Below, piece by piece: positions 15,459 to 25,995 of a stretch of DNA of 58,279 bases. Under the pieces are notes generated by a model that made no database searches, was not told where the DNA came from, and was given only the letters and a program-made list of their open reading frames with translations. Source of the DNA: a virus. The stretch's first letter is position 1; every line of letters begins with the position of its first letter. The translations under genes were made by a program, and so were the position numbers. The stretch is from positions 1-58,279 of the IMG/VR virus record IMGVR_UViG_3300045988_062123; one strand, given 5' to 3'.

Positions 15459-15932
15459 ATGGCAGTAGCAGGATTAAGTACGCTCGGCATTACTTTTGGT
15501 TATGGTGTTGAAACGACCGCCGGAACAAAGCCGACATCGTTTAAAGAATTATCCAGAATTAACGCAATTGGCGGTATCAATGTTGAAGCAGAACAGATTG
15601 ACGCATCCGCATTAAAAGACGCAATCACTCGTTATATTCAGGGTAGAGCAGATACAGGAGGCTCCTTCCCAGTAACAGTAAACCTTACAGACGACACACA
15701 GACTGAATGGGAAGAGGTATTTACAGCCGCAAATGGATTGACTGGTGGAAAAAGAATGTGGTTTGAGACCATTATTCCGGGTCTTACAAAAGCGTTTTTT
15801 GTAGTTGCACAGTTGCCACCGGCATTTCCACAGCCAGAAGCCGGACAGAACGATCTTTTGACCTTAGAGTTTAATCTTGTAATTGAAGAGTACAAAGGAC
15901 TTGACGCAAAGGTTGAATTTTCGGGGGAATAA
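15459..15932 (+). CDS. Major tail protein (TP901-1/phi13-like)
   Basis: RBS AAGGAGG. The N-terminus GLSTLGITFGYGVETTAGTKPTSF is typical of this family. Lies upstream of the chaperone and tape measure genes. Confidence 0.8.
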   Translation: MAVAGLSTLGITFGYGVETTAGTKPTSFKELSRINAIGGINVEAEQIDASALKDAITRYIQGRADTGGSFPVTVNLTDDTQTEWEEVFTAANGLTGGKRMWFETIIPGLTKAFFVVAQLPPAFPQPEAGQNDLLTLEFNLVIEEYKGLDAKVEFSGE

Positions 15933-16035
15933 ATAGCCAGTCCGAAAATAACGAGAGCAAGGCTGTCGTGACTGGCTTGTACGATGAAGATACAGCCGAG
16001 CCAGAACTTGAAGAAACATTGATTTAGCAAAGAAA

Positions 16036-16059
16036 GGGCGGTCTTAGGACTGCCCCTTT
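16036..16059 (+). terminator. Terminator-like hairpin after the major tail gene
   Basis: GGGCGGTC ttag GACTGCCC followed by TTT. Confidence 0.45.
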
Positions 16060-16101
16060 CCCATTAAAAAGATGGGAAGAAAGGGAAAGGTTGAAAACGA
16101 T

Positions 16102-16584
16102 ATGAAGAAGATTAAAATTGCAGGAAAAGAATACATATTAGAATTTACATTTGAAGCAGCAGAGATTGAGGAATGCGTAAAACGTATGTTCATGTTGGCA
16201 TCTGGTGGACATATCTTGGCACGTGCTGAAACAGCAAAAACAGAATTGGAGTTGTATATGGAAAGTACATCCGACATGGTAGGAGACGTTCCAAAGACTT
16301 GTGTGGTTGCTTTTCATGCGGGATTGCAGGAGCATCACTCAACGGATGCAAAAGAATCAAAAGAACTTATGAAAGCCTACATGAAAGAAAATAAATTGAA
16401 CTATGCCGCATTGTTTGAGGAAATCAAAGAATGTATGGAGGAAGACGATTTTTTCGGTTTGAGCGGAATAACGAAGATGCTGGAAGACATGGAAACGAAC
16501 ATCGAAGCGGAAGAACAGAAGCAGAACAAGAAAGAAGTAAAAACTCCGCAGGATCACAAAAAGAAACAGACTTCCACAAAATAA
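16102..16584 (+). CDS. Tail assembly chaperone (G-like)
   Basis: Acidic product between the major tail and tape measure genes. Start ATG 16102 preferred over 16072 (uncertain). Confidence 0.7.
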   Translation: MKKIKIAGKEYILEFTFEAAEIEECVKRMFMLASGGHILARAETAKTELELYMESTSDMVGDVPKTCVVAFHAGLQEHHSTDAKESKELMKAYMKENKLNYAALFEEIKECMEEDDFFGLSGITKMLEDMETNIEAEEQKQNKKEVKTPQDHKKKQTSTK

Positions 16585-16973
16585 TATGGGAAGAATATTT
16601 CCCACAAGCATTTGCCATTGGAATCCATATAGATGAATTTCTGCATTTGACACCGAAGAAATTAAAATATTGTCTTGAAGGTCATCGCTTAAAGAAAAAA
16701 ATAGACGATGAGAGTATGTGGAATTGGTTTGGAAATTATGCAATATCTGCATTTATTGTTGCGATAGATATTGCTTTTAATGGCAAGAAATCAAAAGCAG
16801 AGTACATAGATTTACCGCTTTTGGCTACGGAAGAAGAAAGAGAAGCGAAGAGAGAACAAGATCTCCAGAAACAACGAGACGAATTTTTACAGATGCTTCT
16901 TGGAATGCAGAAAAATTTTGAAAACGAGCAAAAGTTAAAAAAGATGAAGCAGGAAAAGGGCGACAAGGATTAA
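16102..16973 (+). CDS. Tail assembly chaperone GT-like fusion via -1 frameshift
   Basis: The -1 frame stays open from before the slip site to 16973. This is the classical G/GT arrangement. Confidence 0.6.
16557..16563 (+). promoter_or_regulatory. Candidate -1 slippery site C_AAA_AAG
   Basis: Zero-frame codons are cac aaa aag. The -1 frame reads caa aaa gaa and continues ETDFHKIIWEEYF... Confidence 0.5.
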
Positions 16974-17024
16974 AAGTCCGGTCGCCCTCTTTTTTATTAT
17001 ATAAGGAAAGTTGGTGGTGTACGG

Positions 17025-20000
17025 ATGGCTGTAGTAGATAGTTTGGAAGTTGAAATTCAAGCAAAAGCCAAACAAGCCAATAAAGAGATTGACGTTCTAT
17101 GCTCAAAACTAGGTAATTTATCTAAACAGTTAGCAAGTGTCGATTCAAAAGGATTGACAAAATTTTCGAGCGGATTAAATATGCTTTCTGCTGGAATGAA
17201 AGGCATGAGAGACACGAAGATGCCAGATTTCACTAAAACTGTAAAAGGTTTGCAGAAATTTGAAACTCTTGACGGTCAGAAATTGGCGGCGGTGTCGAAT
17301 GCTTTAAATCCAATGGCGAACGGACTTAAAACCCTTGGAAGTGTCAATTTTAATAACAAAAATGTAAATAGCATGGTAAGTGCGGTGGCAAGGCTTACAT
17401 CATCAATTCAAGGCGGTGTAAACACGCAAGGAATTATAAGTCTTGGAAATGGAATCGCCCAAATGATAACTACATTGTCTTCCGCTGGAGAAGTTGCACC
17501 AAAAACGGCTAGTTTTGTAAATGCAATCAGCAGATTGGCAAATGCCGGTTCAAAAACAAGTGCATCGGCAAGTGGACTTCCGCTTCTTAGCAAAGAACTG
17601 AGCAGTTTTATGGTGTCGATGTCAAGGGCACCGGTTGTAAGTAAAGAAACATCTGAATTGACAAATGCTATTGCTAGATTGGCTAGTGCTGGAACAAGAA
17701 CGAAACAGACGGCTGATAATCTGGATTACCTTGCTAAAAAGGTAAAAGATTTTATGGTTTCGATGCAGAATGCACCGCAAGTATCGCAAGGTACAACGCA
17801 GTTGCTTACGGCAATTGGAAATATTGCCAGCGCCGGAAGTAGAGCCGGGAGTGCATTGAATAGCATATCTTTTAGCGGTGGGAATACCACTAATGTTTTG
17901 TCGAGGCTCGGTAATGGCTTCAAAAATGTAGTCACGAGAATGCTAGGATTCAACAAGGAATCCAAAAACATAGCATCAAGCATTGGAATGTTTTATGCTA
18001 AATTTTTCATGGTAATTCGAGGTGTTAAGGCACTTGGCGGTGCAATCGGCTCAATGCAGGACTACATCGAGGAATTTAACTATTTTTCGGTTGCATTGGA
18101 TAAAGTTGGAAAAGATAGTGCGAGCCAGTTTAAAAAAGCCGGTTATGATTCCGCAGAAGCATATGCAGATAGTTTCCGTACAAGGTTTGCTAAATTACAA
18201 ACTCAAATGACTGGGTTCAACGTTGATTACGACACCGGAGAAGCGACAAGCAATATGCAACATAATCTTGGTTTAGATTTGACCGAGGTAATGAATTACA
18301 ATGCGGCAATTTCGCAGATTACAAACTCCGCAGGAATGCTTGGGGAAACTTCTATTGCCACGTCAAAGGCATTGAGTATGTTGTCAGCGGATTGGTCGTC
18401 ATTGTCTAATAAAGACTTATCAGACGTAATGGATAACTTCCAAAGTGGATTGATTGGACAATCAAGGGCATTATACCAGTATGGAATCGACACTACGAAA
18501 GCAGGCTTGGCACAAACAGCATTAGCACATGGAATTAGCGAAAGTGTTTCAAGCATGAGCCAACAAGAAAAAATGAAATTACGTGTTTTAACTATGTTGG
18601 AACAATCAAAAGTTGCATATGGAGATTTGGCTAGAACAATCAATCAACCCGCAAACCAGGTAAGAATGTTGCAGGCCGGATTGAAAAATTTGAGTAGAAC
18701 CATAGGTCAAATATTTTTGCCGGTAGTTCAAAAATTATATCCATATCTGAATGCCGTAGTTATGGTTTTGCAGGAGTTCGCACAATGGGTTGCTAAGTTG
18801 ACCGGAGCAAAATTATATGACGATACATCAATGGCTACACCAGATTATAGCGATGCAATTGACGGATTGGATGATTATGGAGATGCCGCTGATAAAGCAA
18901 GCAAAAAGCAGAAAAAACTTAATGATAACTTACAGGGATTTGATATCGTCAATAAATTGCAGTCAAATAACAAAGACGATGGCTCATCTTCCGGAAAGAA
19001 AAACGGTAGAGGTGCTGGAATTGATTTATCGGAAGATATCAATAAGGCAGTTAAAGGATATGAAAGCATATGGGATAAAGCCTTTAATAGTAACAAAAAT
19101 AAGGCGGTTGAGTTAGCGGCTAAATTAAAAAAAGCCATTTTAGGAGGTTGGAAAAAAGGCGGCGATTATACCAGTCTTGGAAAAGCCGTTGGTTCATGGC
19201 TGACAAGCGGGCTTGACAGTATACCGTGGGGTAAAATTCAGACGACAACAAATAAACTTGCTAAATCCCTTGCTACGTTCCTTAATGGCATGGTACAAGG
19301 CATTAACTGGGAAACCGTGGGTAAAACTTTAGCCAATGGATTTAATACGGCTATGGGGGCATTATACACGTTCAGAACTACATTTGACTGGCTTGGTCTT
19401 GGTACATCTGTAGCGACTGGAATCAATTCAGCACTTCAAAATGCGGACATGACACTTGCCGGAAAAACTCTTGGTGCTAAAGTTCGTGGAATGATTCAAT
19501 TTGCTTTTGGCTTGGTTACGAATTTTAATTTTAGCGGTATTGGACAAAAGATAGCAGATGGAATCAACGGATTCTTTGAGGAAATGGGAGAGGTAAGAAA
19601 AAACACTGGGCTGACAGGATGGCAGGAACTTGGTAAAACGTTGTCCGATAGTGTGAAAGGTATTCTTACATCAATCAATAAGGCACTTTCCGGTGTGAAT
19701 TGGGAGAAAGTTGGTAAATCTATCGGTCAATTCCTTGGAAGTATCGACTGGGTTGGAATTTGGTCTTCCGTTGGAAAAACAATCGGAAATGCGTTTAATA
19801 GCATTATGACGATTGCAATTTCTGCATTGAAAGAAGATCCAGCCGGTGTGATTGGCGCATTAAGTACCGTTTTTGGTGTGATTTTTGCGGCAAAAACAAT
19901 AAAAGGATTGTTTGGTAAAACTGGTTTCTTTGCAGGTTTAAAGCAAGCAGCGACAGAAAAGATGGGAGAAGTTGCTTTAACTATGGCAAAAAGCCTTAAA

Positions 20001-21755
20001 ACTAAAATCGCTACTTCGTTTGCCGCAAGCAAAATTGGAACATTTATTTTGTCTAAAATCACATTTGCCAAAACTGCGATTGTTTCGCTTGGAGCAAAAA
20101 TAAGTGGAGCAATTACAAGTGGATTAAGCGGATTGAGTGCCACAGGAATAGCCTCGGCGGCGGCACCGGTATTGTTGGCAGTTGGAGCAGCCATCGGCGC
20201 AGGCTTAATGATTGGAGACAGAATCAGCGAAGCGATAGATGCCTACAATTACACCGGAGATTACGAAATCAAAGTACCGGCAAAGTTAGATATAAACGCA
20301 AAAAAAGCAAACGAGGATTTACAAAAGACAAAAGAGTATACAGATGAAATAAATAAAGATATAAAGGAAATCAATAATTCTGGCAATTTGGAAAACGGGA
20401 AAAATATAAAGGAATTAGCCAATAGATACTATGAGTTAAGCCAAAAGACAAACCCTACTGCATCTGATATTGCCGTAATGAAAGAATACTCAAAACAGTT
20501 ATCCGATGAAATTCCTGGGTTGTCAAAGAATATTGATAAGCAGACAGGGGCATTCAAAGGTAACAAAGATGAGTTGAATGGTCTGATTTCTAATCTTGAC
20601 AGAGCGGCTAAAGCACAGGCGGCATACAATTCTTCTGTGGAACTTTACGAGAAAAAGCAGGAAACTGGAAATAAACTTTCCGAAGCACAGGCAAAACTTG
20701 CAAAATATACAAAAGAACTTGCGGCGGCACAGGAAGTTGCAAACAACGTTAAAAAACGTTCTGGAGTAAATAGCGCAGAATACCAAGCACAAGTTAAAAT
20801 ACTTGGAAGATATGCTACAAAAGTAAATGCGGCAAGAGCGGAAGTAAATACTTTGGAAAAAGCAGAGTCCGATATTAACGCACAGATTAGTAAAAACAAT
20901 AATGTCATGGATAATGCCAAAGTAAAGACTAGCGATTACCAAAAGGCATCAGATAGTTTAAAGAAAACTATGAAAAACCTTGGTGTCGAAACGCAATCTT
21001 CAAAAAATGCGTTAAAAACACTTCAAGACAAACTTGACAATGGCGAGATAACATGGAAAGCATATAAAGACGTTGTTGACGGAAATTATAAATCCGTTGA
21101 CGAACTTAATGCCGCAATTGGAAAACTTACATCAAAAGAAGTTTCTGTTACCGCTAAAACAAGCGGAACGGATTCTATAGATAAAGTTAAAAATGTAATT
21201 GATAAACTACAAAGCAAGTCTGTAAATGTTAGTACAAATGTTAATACATCAAACTTACAAAAAAGAATTAAAGATGCAGTTTCCAAAGTAAAGTTATCGC
21301 CAATTAAGGCACCAATACAGTTTGGAATTACGAAAGAGCAAAAAAAGATACTGGATAATCTTAGCCCTAAAAATATGGGAAAACCATACGAAAGGGCATT
21401 AAAAACAAGCGGACTATCCAAACTTTCGGATTTTGCGTCAAAACTTCCAACGTACAGTACCGGTGGATTCCCGGAAGATGGACTTTTCATGGCAAACCAT
21501 GGAGAACTTGTCGGAAAATTCAATAACGGCAAAACCGCGGTTGCTAATAACGACCAGATTACTACTGCATTTGCACAAGCAATTACAAACACGCTTGCAC
21601 CGGCTATCTATGCGGCGGTATCACAGGCAGTATCAGAAAATCAAAGCCAGCAGACAGGAGATGTATATTTGGACGGAACAAAACTCACGACAACAATCAT
21701 GGGGAAAGCCGAACAGATTACACGAAGCCGAGGTTCCGGATGGAAGTTGGCATAA
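17025..21755 (+). CDS. Tape measure protein
   Basis: 1576 aa, Ala/Gly/Ser-rich with coiled coils and hydrophobic segments. Lies after the G/GT genes. Confidence 0.9.
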   Translation: MAVVDSLEVEIQAKAKQANKEIDVLCSKLGNLSKQLASVDSKGLTKFSSGLNMLSAGMKGMRDTKMPDFTKTVKGLQKFETLDGQKLAAVSNALNPMANGLKTLGSVNFNNKNVNSMVSAVARLTSSIQGGVNTQGIISLGNGIAQMITTLSSAGEVAPKTASFVNAISRLANAGSKTSASASGLPLLSKELSSFMVSMSRAPVVSKETSELTNAIARLASAGTRTKQTADNLDYLAKKVKDFMVSMQNAPQVSQGTTQLLTAIGNIASAGSRAGSALNSISFSGGNTTNVLSRLGNGFKNVVTRMLGFNKESKNIASSIGMFYAKFFMVIRGVKALGGAIGSMQDYIEEFNYFSVALDKVGKDSASQFKKAGYDSAEAYADSFRTRFAKLQTQMTGFNVDYDTGEATSNMQHNLGLDLTEVMNYNAAISQITNSAGMLGETSIATSKALSMLSADWSSLSNKDLSDVMDNFQSGLIGQSRALYQYGIDTTKAGLAQTALAHGISESVSSMSQQEKMKLRVLTMLEQSKVAYGDLARTINQPANQVRMLQAGLKNLSRTIGQIFLPVVQKLYPYLNAVVMVLQEFAQWVAKLTGAKLYDDTSMATPDYSDAIDGLDDYGDAADKASKKQKKLNDNLQGFDIVNKLQSNNKDDGSSSGKKNGRGAGIDLSEDINKAVKGYESIWDKAFNSNKNKAVELAAKLKKAILGGWKKGGDYTSLGKAVGSWLTSGLDSIPWGKIQTTTNKLAKSLATFLNGMVQGINWETVGKTLANGFNTAMGALYTFRTTFDWLGLGTSVATGINSALQNADMTLAGKTLGAKVRGMIQFAFGLVTNFNFSGIGQKIADGINGFFEEMGEVRKNTGLTGWQELGKTLSDSVKGILTSINKALSGVNWEKVGKSIGQFLGSIDWVGIWSSVGKTIGNAFNSIMTIAISALKEDPAGVIGALSTVFGVIFAAKTIKGLFGKTGFFAGLKQAATEKMGEVALTMAKSLKTKIATSFAASKIGTFILSKITFAKTAIVSLGAKISGAITSGLSGLSATGIASAAAPVLLAVGAAIGAGLMIGDRISEAIDAYNYTGDYEIKVPAKLDINAKKANEDLQKTKEYTDEINKDIKEINNSGNLENGKNIKELANRYYELSQKTNPTASDIAVMKEYSKQLSDEIPGLSKNIDKQTGAFKGNKDELNGLISNLDRAAKAQAAYNSSVELYEKKQETGNKLSEAQAKLAKYTKELAAAQEVANNVKKRSGVNSAEYQAQVKILGRYATKVNAARAEVNTLEKAESDINAQISKNNNVMDNAKVKTSDYQKASDSLKKTMKNLGVETQSSKNALKTLQDKLDNGEITWKAYKDVVDGNYKSVDELNAAIGKLTSKEVSVTAKTSGTDSIDKVKNVIDKLQSKSVNVSTNVNTSNLQKRIKDAVSKVKLSPIKAPIQFGITKEQKKILDNLSPKNMGKPYERALKTSGLSKLSDFASKLPTYSTGGFPEDGLFMANHGELVGKFNNGKTAVANNDQITTAFAQAITNTLAPAIYAAVSQAVSENQSQQTGDVYLDGTKLTTTIMGKAEQITRSRGSGWKLA

Positions 21756-21815
21756 ACAATGTAGCACCTATCTTATTTGGTAGGTGCTATTTTATTGCAA
21801 AAAGGGGGAAAAGAC

Positions 21816-22190
21816 ATGGCATATAGAGTTCCGGAGATTGACGGACAGAAAATTGCTTGTCCATCCGCTAGCGGTGTGGATATTGAAAGAAATCAAGTAC
21901 AGAGTTCAAACTTTCGACGAACATCTACGGCGAAAGCACAAGGAACGGTTGTGGATAACAAGGCCAGCATAAAAATGTCGTTTCCACCAAATATCACAGT
22001 AGCGGAATTAAAATTGATTAAAAGCAAAACGTGCGACAAAACAGCATTTCACAAACTGGGATTCACGAATGAGTTTGGGGAATGGGAAACGATGACAGTT
22101 TATTTCAACAATTATTCTTTGCAAGAATACGGATTTATCAACGGAAAAATGTTGAACCAGTCAATATCATTTAAGGCGGTGGAACAATGA
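21816..22190 (+). CDS. Small distal-tail-like protein (putative)
   Basis: RBS AAAGGGGGA before ATG 21816. Assigned by position after the tape measure gene. Confidence 0.5.
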   Translation: MAYRVPEIDGQKIACPSASGVDIERNQVQSSNFRRTSTAKAQGTVVDNKASIKMSFPPNITVAELKLIKSKTCDKTAFHKLGFTNEFGEWETMTVYFNNYSLQEYGFINGKMLNQSISFKAVEQ

Positions 22191-25100
22191 TAAGTATACC
22201 TATGACTACGGAGTATGTGGACGTTAAAGTAAAAATTGGAGCGATTGAATATACCAATGAGGAATTACAGATTGATTTCATCAAAATTTACAATGGATGC
22301 TATGATGGAAGTGTTTTTGGCGTTGGTAATGTTTATATTAAAAACGCAAACATTACTATGAATTATAGAGGTGGCATTACCAAAGGACTATCCATGGAAA
22401 TTTTCTTTTTGCACTTTGGAGAATGGATTAGTTTCGGGCAGTTTATCGTAAAAGAAACTCCAGTTATGAGTGGCGATAAACTTTCTGTTTCTTTGGAAAG
22501 CGCCATAGGTCAGACAATGTCAACGTCGGTTGTTTTTGAAACTGTGTTGCAAAAATACACTTTGCGACAAATAAAAACAAAATTGGAAGAAATAATTGGT
22601 AAACAGATTGTATTTATTCCTGCGCTGACATCGGAAGAAGAAAAATCGTTTCTCGACGGAAAAAGCGCTTGTTTTTTAAAAGATATTAAAAATTATGTAG
22701 ACCAGTCAGCAATTGACACAGGAATTGCAGTGAGAGATATGCTTTCTGGATTGGCTATACTTTTTGGCGGAAATGTTTATGAGGATGTAAGAAATAGAGT
22801 TGTAATAAAGCAAAAAACAAATTATACAGAGACAGAAAATTATGTTTTGTCTGATTACTTGGATTCAAACTATAAATATTCAAAAGAGATATACGCAATG
22901 AAATCCATATCATTGTTGTTTTTACCATGGTCTCTTGGTTTGTTCAACCCACCTAATGCAAGTGGAAGAATTTGCACAGTAAATTATCTTGGAGAAGATA
23001 GGGCGTCAAATACGTTGCTTGCTACGCAATCATCCATGGATGGAAAAACACCATACGATTATTCAATAAATTGTGATTGGATTGGGTGGACAAGTGATGG
23101 TTCTACTTTTGATACGAGAGTTACACCGGGCGGTCGTGCTTCTGCTTGTCTTAGACAAGGAGATTTGATGTATCGTACGTGCGATATGACGTTTGTTGGA
23201 ATTGATTTTGGATGGAATATTGCACCGGGAAATCTTGTAAAAGTAAAGGTGCCGGAGTTAGAAAATCCAATAGATGTTTTATGCGGGGAGATTTCCTACG
23301 AGTGGGATGGTGGATTTACTACAAATATATCGTGCAATTGTAACATAGAATCCAACGGAAGTTATTCTACAGAGGTTTCAACGCAGGCATCTGCGGCGGC
23401 GGCACAAGAGGGGAGACAAACAAGCCTTGAATTGAATTATGCCAATATTACTTTTAGTAATATTGAAGATAGCACGATTAGAGGTAGCATATTCAAGGAT
23501 GGTACAATCGATGGATCGAAAATAAAAGATTCAACAATTACCGGATCTCTTATTGCTGATTCGACAATAAAAGGGTCTAATATAGAAGAGGGAACAATTA
23601 CCGGTTCAAAAATAAAGGCGGCAACAATTACCGGTGCCCTTATTGTAGATGGAACTATCCGAGGAAATCACATAATGGAATCCAGCATTGATGGTAGCAA
23701 GATTGAGGATAGTGCCATAACGGAAAGTAAAATTTCCAACTCGTCAATCACAAACTCGAAAATCAAGGATGGAGAGATTGAAAACTCCAAGATTAAGGAT
23801 GCTACATTGACCGGGGCTAAAATCAAAGATGCAACGATTGGATTTGCAAAGGTTGATAGTTCTTTTATCAAAGATTTGACGGCAGATAAAGCATACATCG
23901 AAAATCTTAAAGCATCAATTGCAGACATTGGATATTTGACTGTTGATGAAGCGAATATCAAGTATGCAACGATTGCTTCATTAGAAGTCGTAGATGGAAA
24001 GATTGATAACTTGGAAACAATCGCAATAACAACAAATAACCTTAGTGCCAAAGTAGCAGAATTAGGTTATTTGAACGCAGATACCGCAGATTTGAAGTAT
24101 GCCAATATTGAACTTTCCAATATTGATGTGGCAAATGTCGGTACATTTTTTGCTAACGTTGGTTTGATTGACAGGGCAACAATCGTAGATGGACACGTTA
24201 CTGGTTTTTTGGATAGTGTTGAAGTAAATGCCAACAAAATCACGGCAGGAACGTTGGTCGCTGACAGAATACTTCTTAAAGGTTCAGAAAAGGGATTATT
24301 ATATGCCTTAAATAATCTTGGAGAACTGACTAGTAAAACGGTAGATACTCTTGACGGCTACGTACTTACAGACCGTACTATCAATGCAGACAAGATTGTG
24401 GCATCGTCGATTACCGCCAATGAGTTGGACGTAGATAGTATTTTTGCGGATAGTGCAGTTGTCGAACGGATTTTTGCCCAAGATATCACGGCGACTGGAA
24501 TAATAAGAGGTGCAACATTGGTAGGTGCTTCGGTGTCGGCGGATAGAGGTACAATTGGTGGATTTGCAATTTTTGATGATTGCCTTACTGGTTTTTATGA
24601 TGAAGACGGCTACCAATACAAAGTTGACTTGAATACAGCCAAGTCAATTACAGGGAAAAACGGTGGAGTAATCGCCATTGAGGCAGGAAAGTACAAAATA
24701 TCATCTCCGTATAATACTGAACATGAGTGGTATGTAACATATGACGGTTATATGTACGCGGAGATCGGAGAAATTGCTGGATTTACATTAAAAGACCAAA
24801 GGTTGATATCAAATTCAGAATATACTCCGGAAAATGCCTCTGCAACATATTACAACAAAGCAGAAATAAATTCAAAATTTAATCAAGAAGCAGATTTCTT
24901 GTCGTTGACTTGTACAGTCAACGGCGCTGAAATAAATAAAGCATTTTTTGGATTTGACGGTGTCCGTCTTGAAAGTTTAAACCATGGAGATGATTACTAT
25001 GATAAATTTATGTGGTTGTCAACAAGAAGCCTTGCTTTTGGAGTAAATTCTGGAACACCATATAATGGAAGTAGCGTAGCATTCGAGATTGATTCGGGGT

Positions 25101-25783
25101 ATTCCAAGATTACTTCAAGCGGAGAGTTTACGATAGAACCATCATGCACAATAAACGTTCCAACGACAGTAAAGTCACTTACCATAAAAAACAACGGTTC
25201 AAAAGGTAAAACGGTCATATCAAATGGTTTAATCGGATTAGACGATGCACAAGGTGGCACCGTGAGATATTTCCTTGATAACACTTATGGAAACTTACGG
25301 ATATGGGACACGGCTGTTGGAGAAAGGCTTCTTATCTCTCCTGCCTCGATTAACTTTAAACCGAATGGAAAGACGATATTTTCTGTTAATAAAGACAATG
25401 CTTCTGAAAATGGATATGAAATAATCGGTTGCGAAGTGACAACAAGTGGAAATTTTACTTGTAAAAAATACCGAGACGGAAGACTTGTTATTGAGTATCG
25501 AAGTAAAATGGGGAATGTAACTTCACTTACAGATATAAGCAACAAAGAAGGGGTGTATTACAAATCTAGAGACGGTAGAACTTTCCCATTAGCATTTGTA
25601 GATACACCGATGGTTATTACTGGAATCGGCGTTCCTGACACGTCAGCACCATTTGTAAATGTCAGTTTTGATGGCGTCAGCAAAACTGGATATAGCAGAT
25701 GTATTTTTTGGGCTACGCATTCTGGTGCCACACTTCCCGTAAATTCAGTAACCAGCGCAATTTTTATAGGGCGTTGGTTTTGA
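22187..25783 (+). CDS. Tail fibre/host-recognition structural protein
   Basis: 1198 aa after the distal tail gene. Contains a run of about 12 decapeptide units (xKIKDxTITG). Confidence 0.75.
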   Translation: MISIPMTTEYVDVKVKIGAIEYTNEELQIDFIKIYNGCYDGSVFGVGNVYIKNANITMNYRGGITKGLSMEIFFLHFGEWISFGQFIVKETPVMSGDKLSVSLESAIGQTMSTSVVFETVLQKYTLRQIKTKLEEIIGKQIVFIPALTSEEEKSFLDGKSACFLKDIKNYVDQSAIDTGIAVRDMLSGLAILFGGNVYEDVRNRVVIKQKTNYTETENYVLSDYLDSNYKYSKEIYAMKSISLLFLPWSLGLFNPPNASGRICTVNYLGEDRASNTLLATQSSMDGKTPYDYSINCDWIGWTSDGSTFDTRVTPGGRASACLRQGDLMYRTCDMTFVGIDFGWNIAPGNLVKVKVPELENPIDVLCGEISYEWDGGFTTNISCNCNIESNGSYSTEVSTQASAAAAQEGRQTSLELNYANITFSNIEDSTIRGSIFKDGTIDGSKIKDSTITGSLIADSTIKGSNIEEGTITGSKIKAATITGALIVDGTIRGNHIMESSIDGSKIEDSAITESKISNSSITNSKIKDGEIENSKIKDATLTGAKIKDATIGFAKVDSSFIKDLTADKAYIENLKASIADIGYLTVDEANIKYATIASLEVVDGKIDNLETIAITTNNLSAKVAELGYLNADTADLKYANIELSNIDVANVGTFFANVGLIDRATIVDGHVTGFLDSVEVNANKITAGTLVADRILLKGSEKGLLYALNNLGELTSKTVDTLDGYVLTDRTINADKIVASSITANELDVDSIFADSAVVERIFAQDITATGIIRGATLVGASVSADRGTIGGFAIFDDCLTGFYDEDGYQYKVDLNTAKSITGKNGGVIAIEAGKYKISSPYNTEHEWYVTYDGYMYAEIGEIAGFTLKDQRLISNSEYTPENASATYYNKAEINSKFNQEADFLSLTCTVNGAEINKAFFGFDGVRLESLNHGDDYYDKFMWLSTRSLAFGVNSGTPYNGSSVAFEIDSGYSKITSSGEFTIEPSCTINVPTTVKSLTIKNNGSKGKTVISNGLIGLDDAQGGTVRYFLDNTYGNLRIWDTAVGERLLISPASINFKPNGKTIFSVNKDNASENGYEIIGCEVTTSGNFTCKKYRDGRLVIEYRSKMGNVTSLTDISNKEGVYYKSRDGRTFPLAFVDTPMVITGIGVPDTSAPFVNVSFDGVSKTGYSRCIFWATHSGATLPVNSVTSAIFIGRWF

Positions 25784-25815
25784 GATAAATTATAAAATCT
25801 TAGGAGGTTAGAAAA

Positions 25816-25995
25816 ATGGAAAACAAAGAAATTACAATGGCAGATTACATCGTTGATAAGTTGGCAAACGAGGTCAAGGAACTGAAAGTTCGACTTGCTC
25901 AAACCGAATTTACGGCGATGGCTTACAAGGAAAAGTATGAAGCATTGCTGAAAGAACAGGAACAGGAGGTAGAAGAAGATGAAAACAACAAATGA
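25816..25995 (+). CDS. Small coiled-coil protein (59 aa)
   Basis: RBS AGGAGG before ATG 25816, stop TGA at 25993-25995. Overlaps the lysin start by 17 nt. Confidence 0.55.
   Translation: MENKEITMADYIVDKLANEVKELKVRLAQTEFTAMAYKEKYEALLKEQEQEVEEDENNK

Noticed and set aside
16431-16973. Stand-alone 180-aa ORF
   Set aside because: Its 5' part overlaps the chaperone G gene in the -1 frame and has no RBS. It is interpreted as the T part of a G/GT frameshift product.
17408-21592. Numerous 60-170-aa minus-strand and alternate-frame ORFs inside the tape measure gene (and similar ones inside terL, portal, tail fibre, Rad50-like and primase genes)
   Set aside because: They are embedded in long, well-supported + strand genes and have no start signals.
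22187-25783. Diversity-generating retroelement targeting the tail fibre
   Set aside because: No reverse transcriptase gene and no template/variable repeat pair was seen anywhere in the window.
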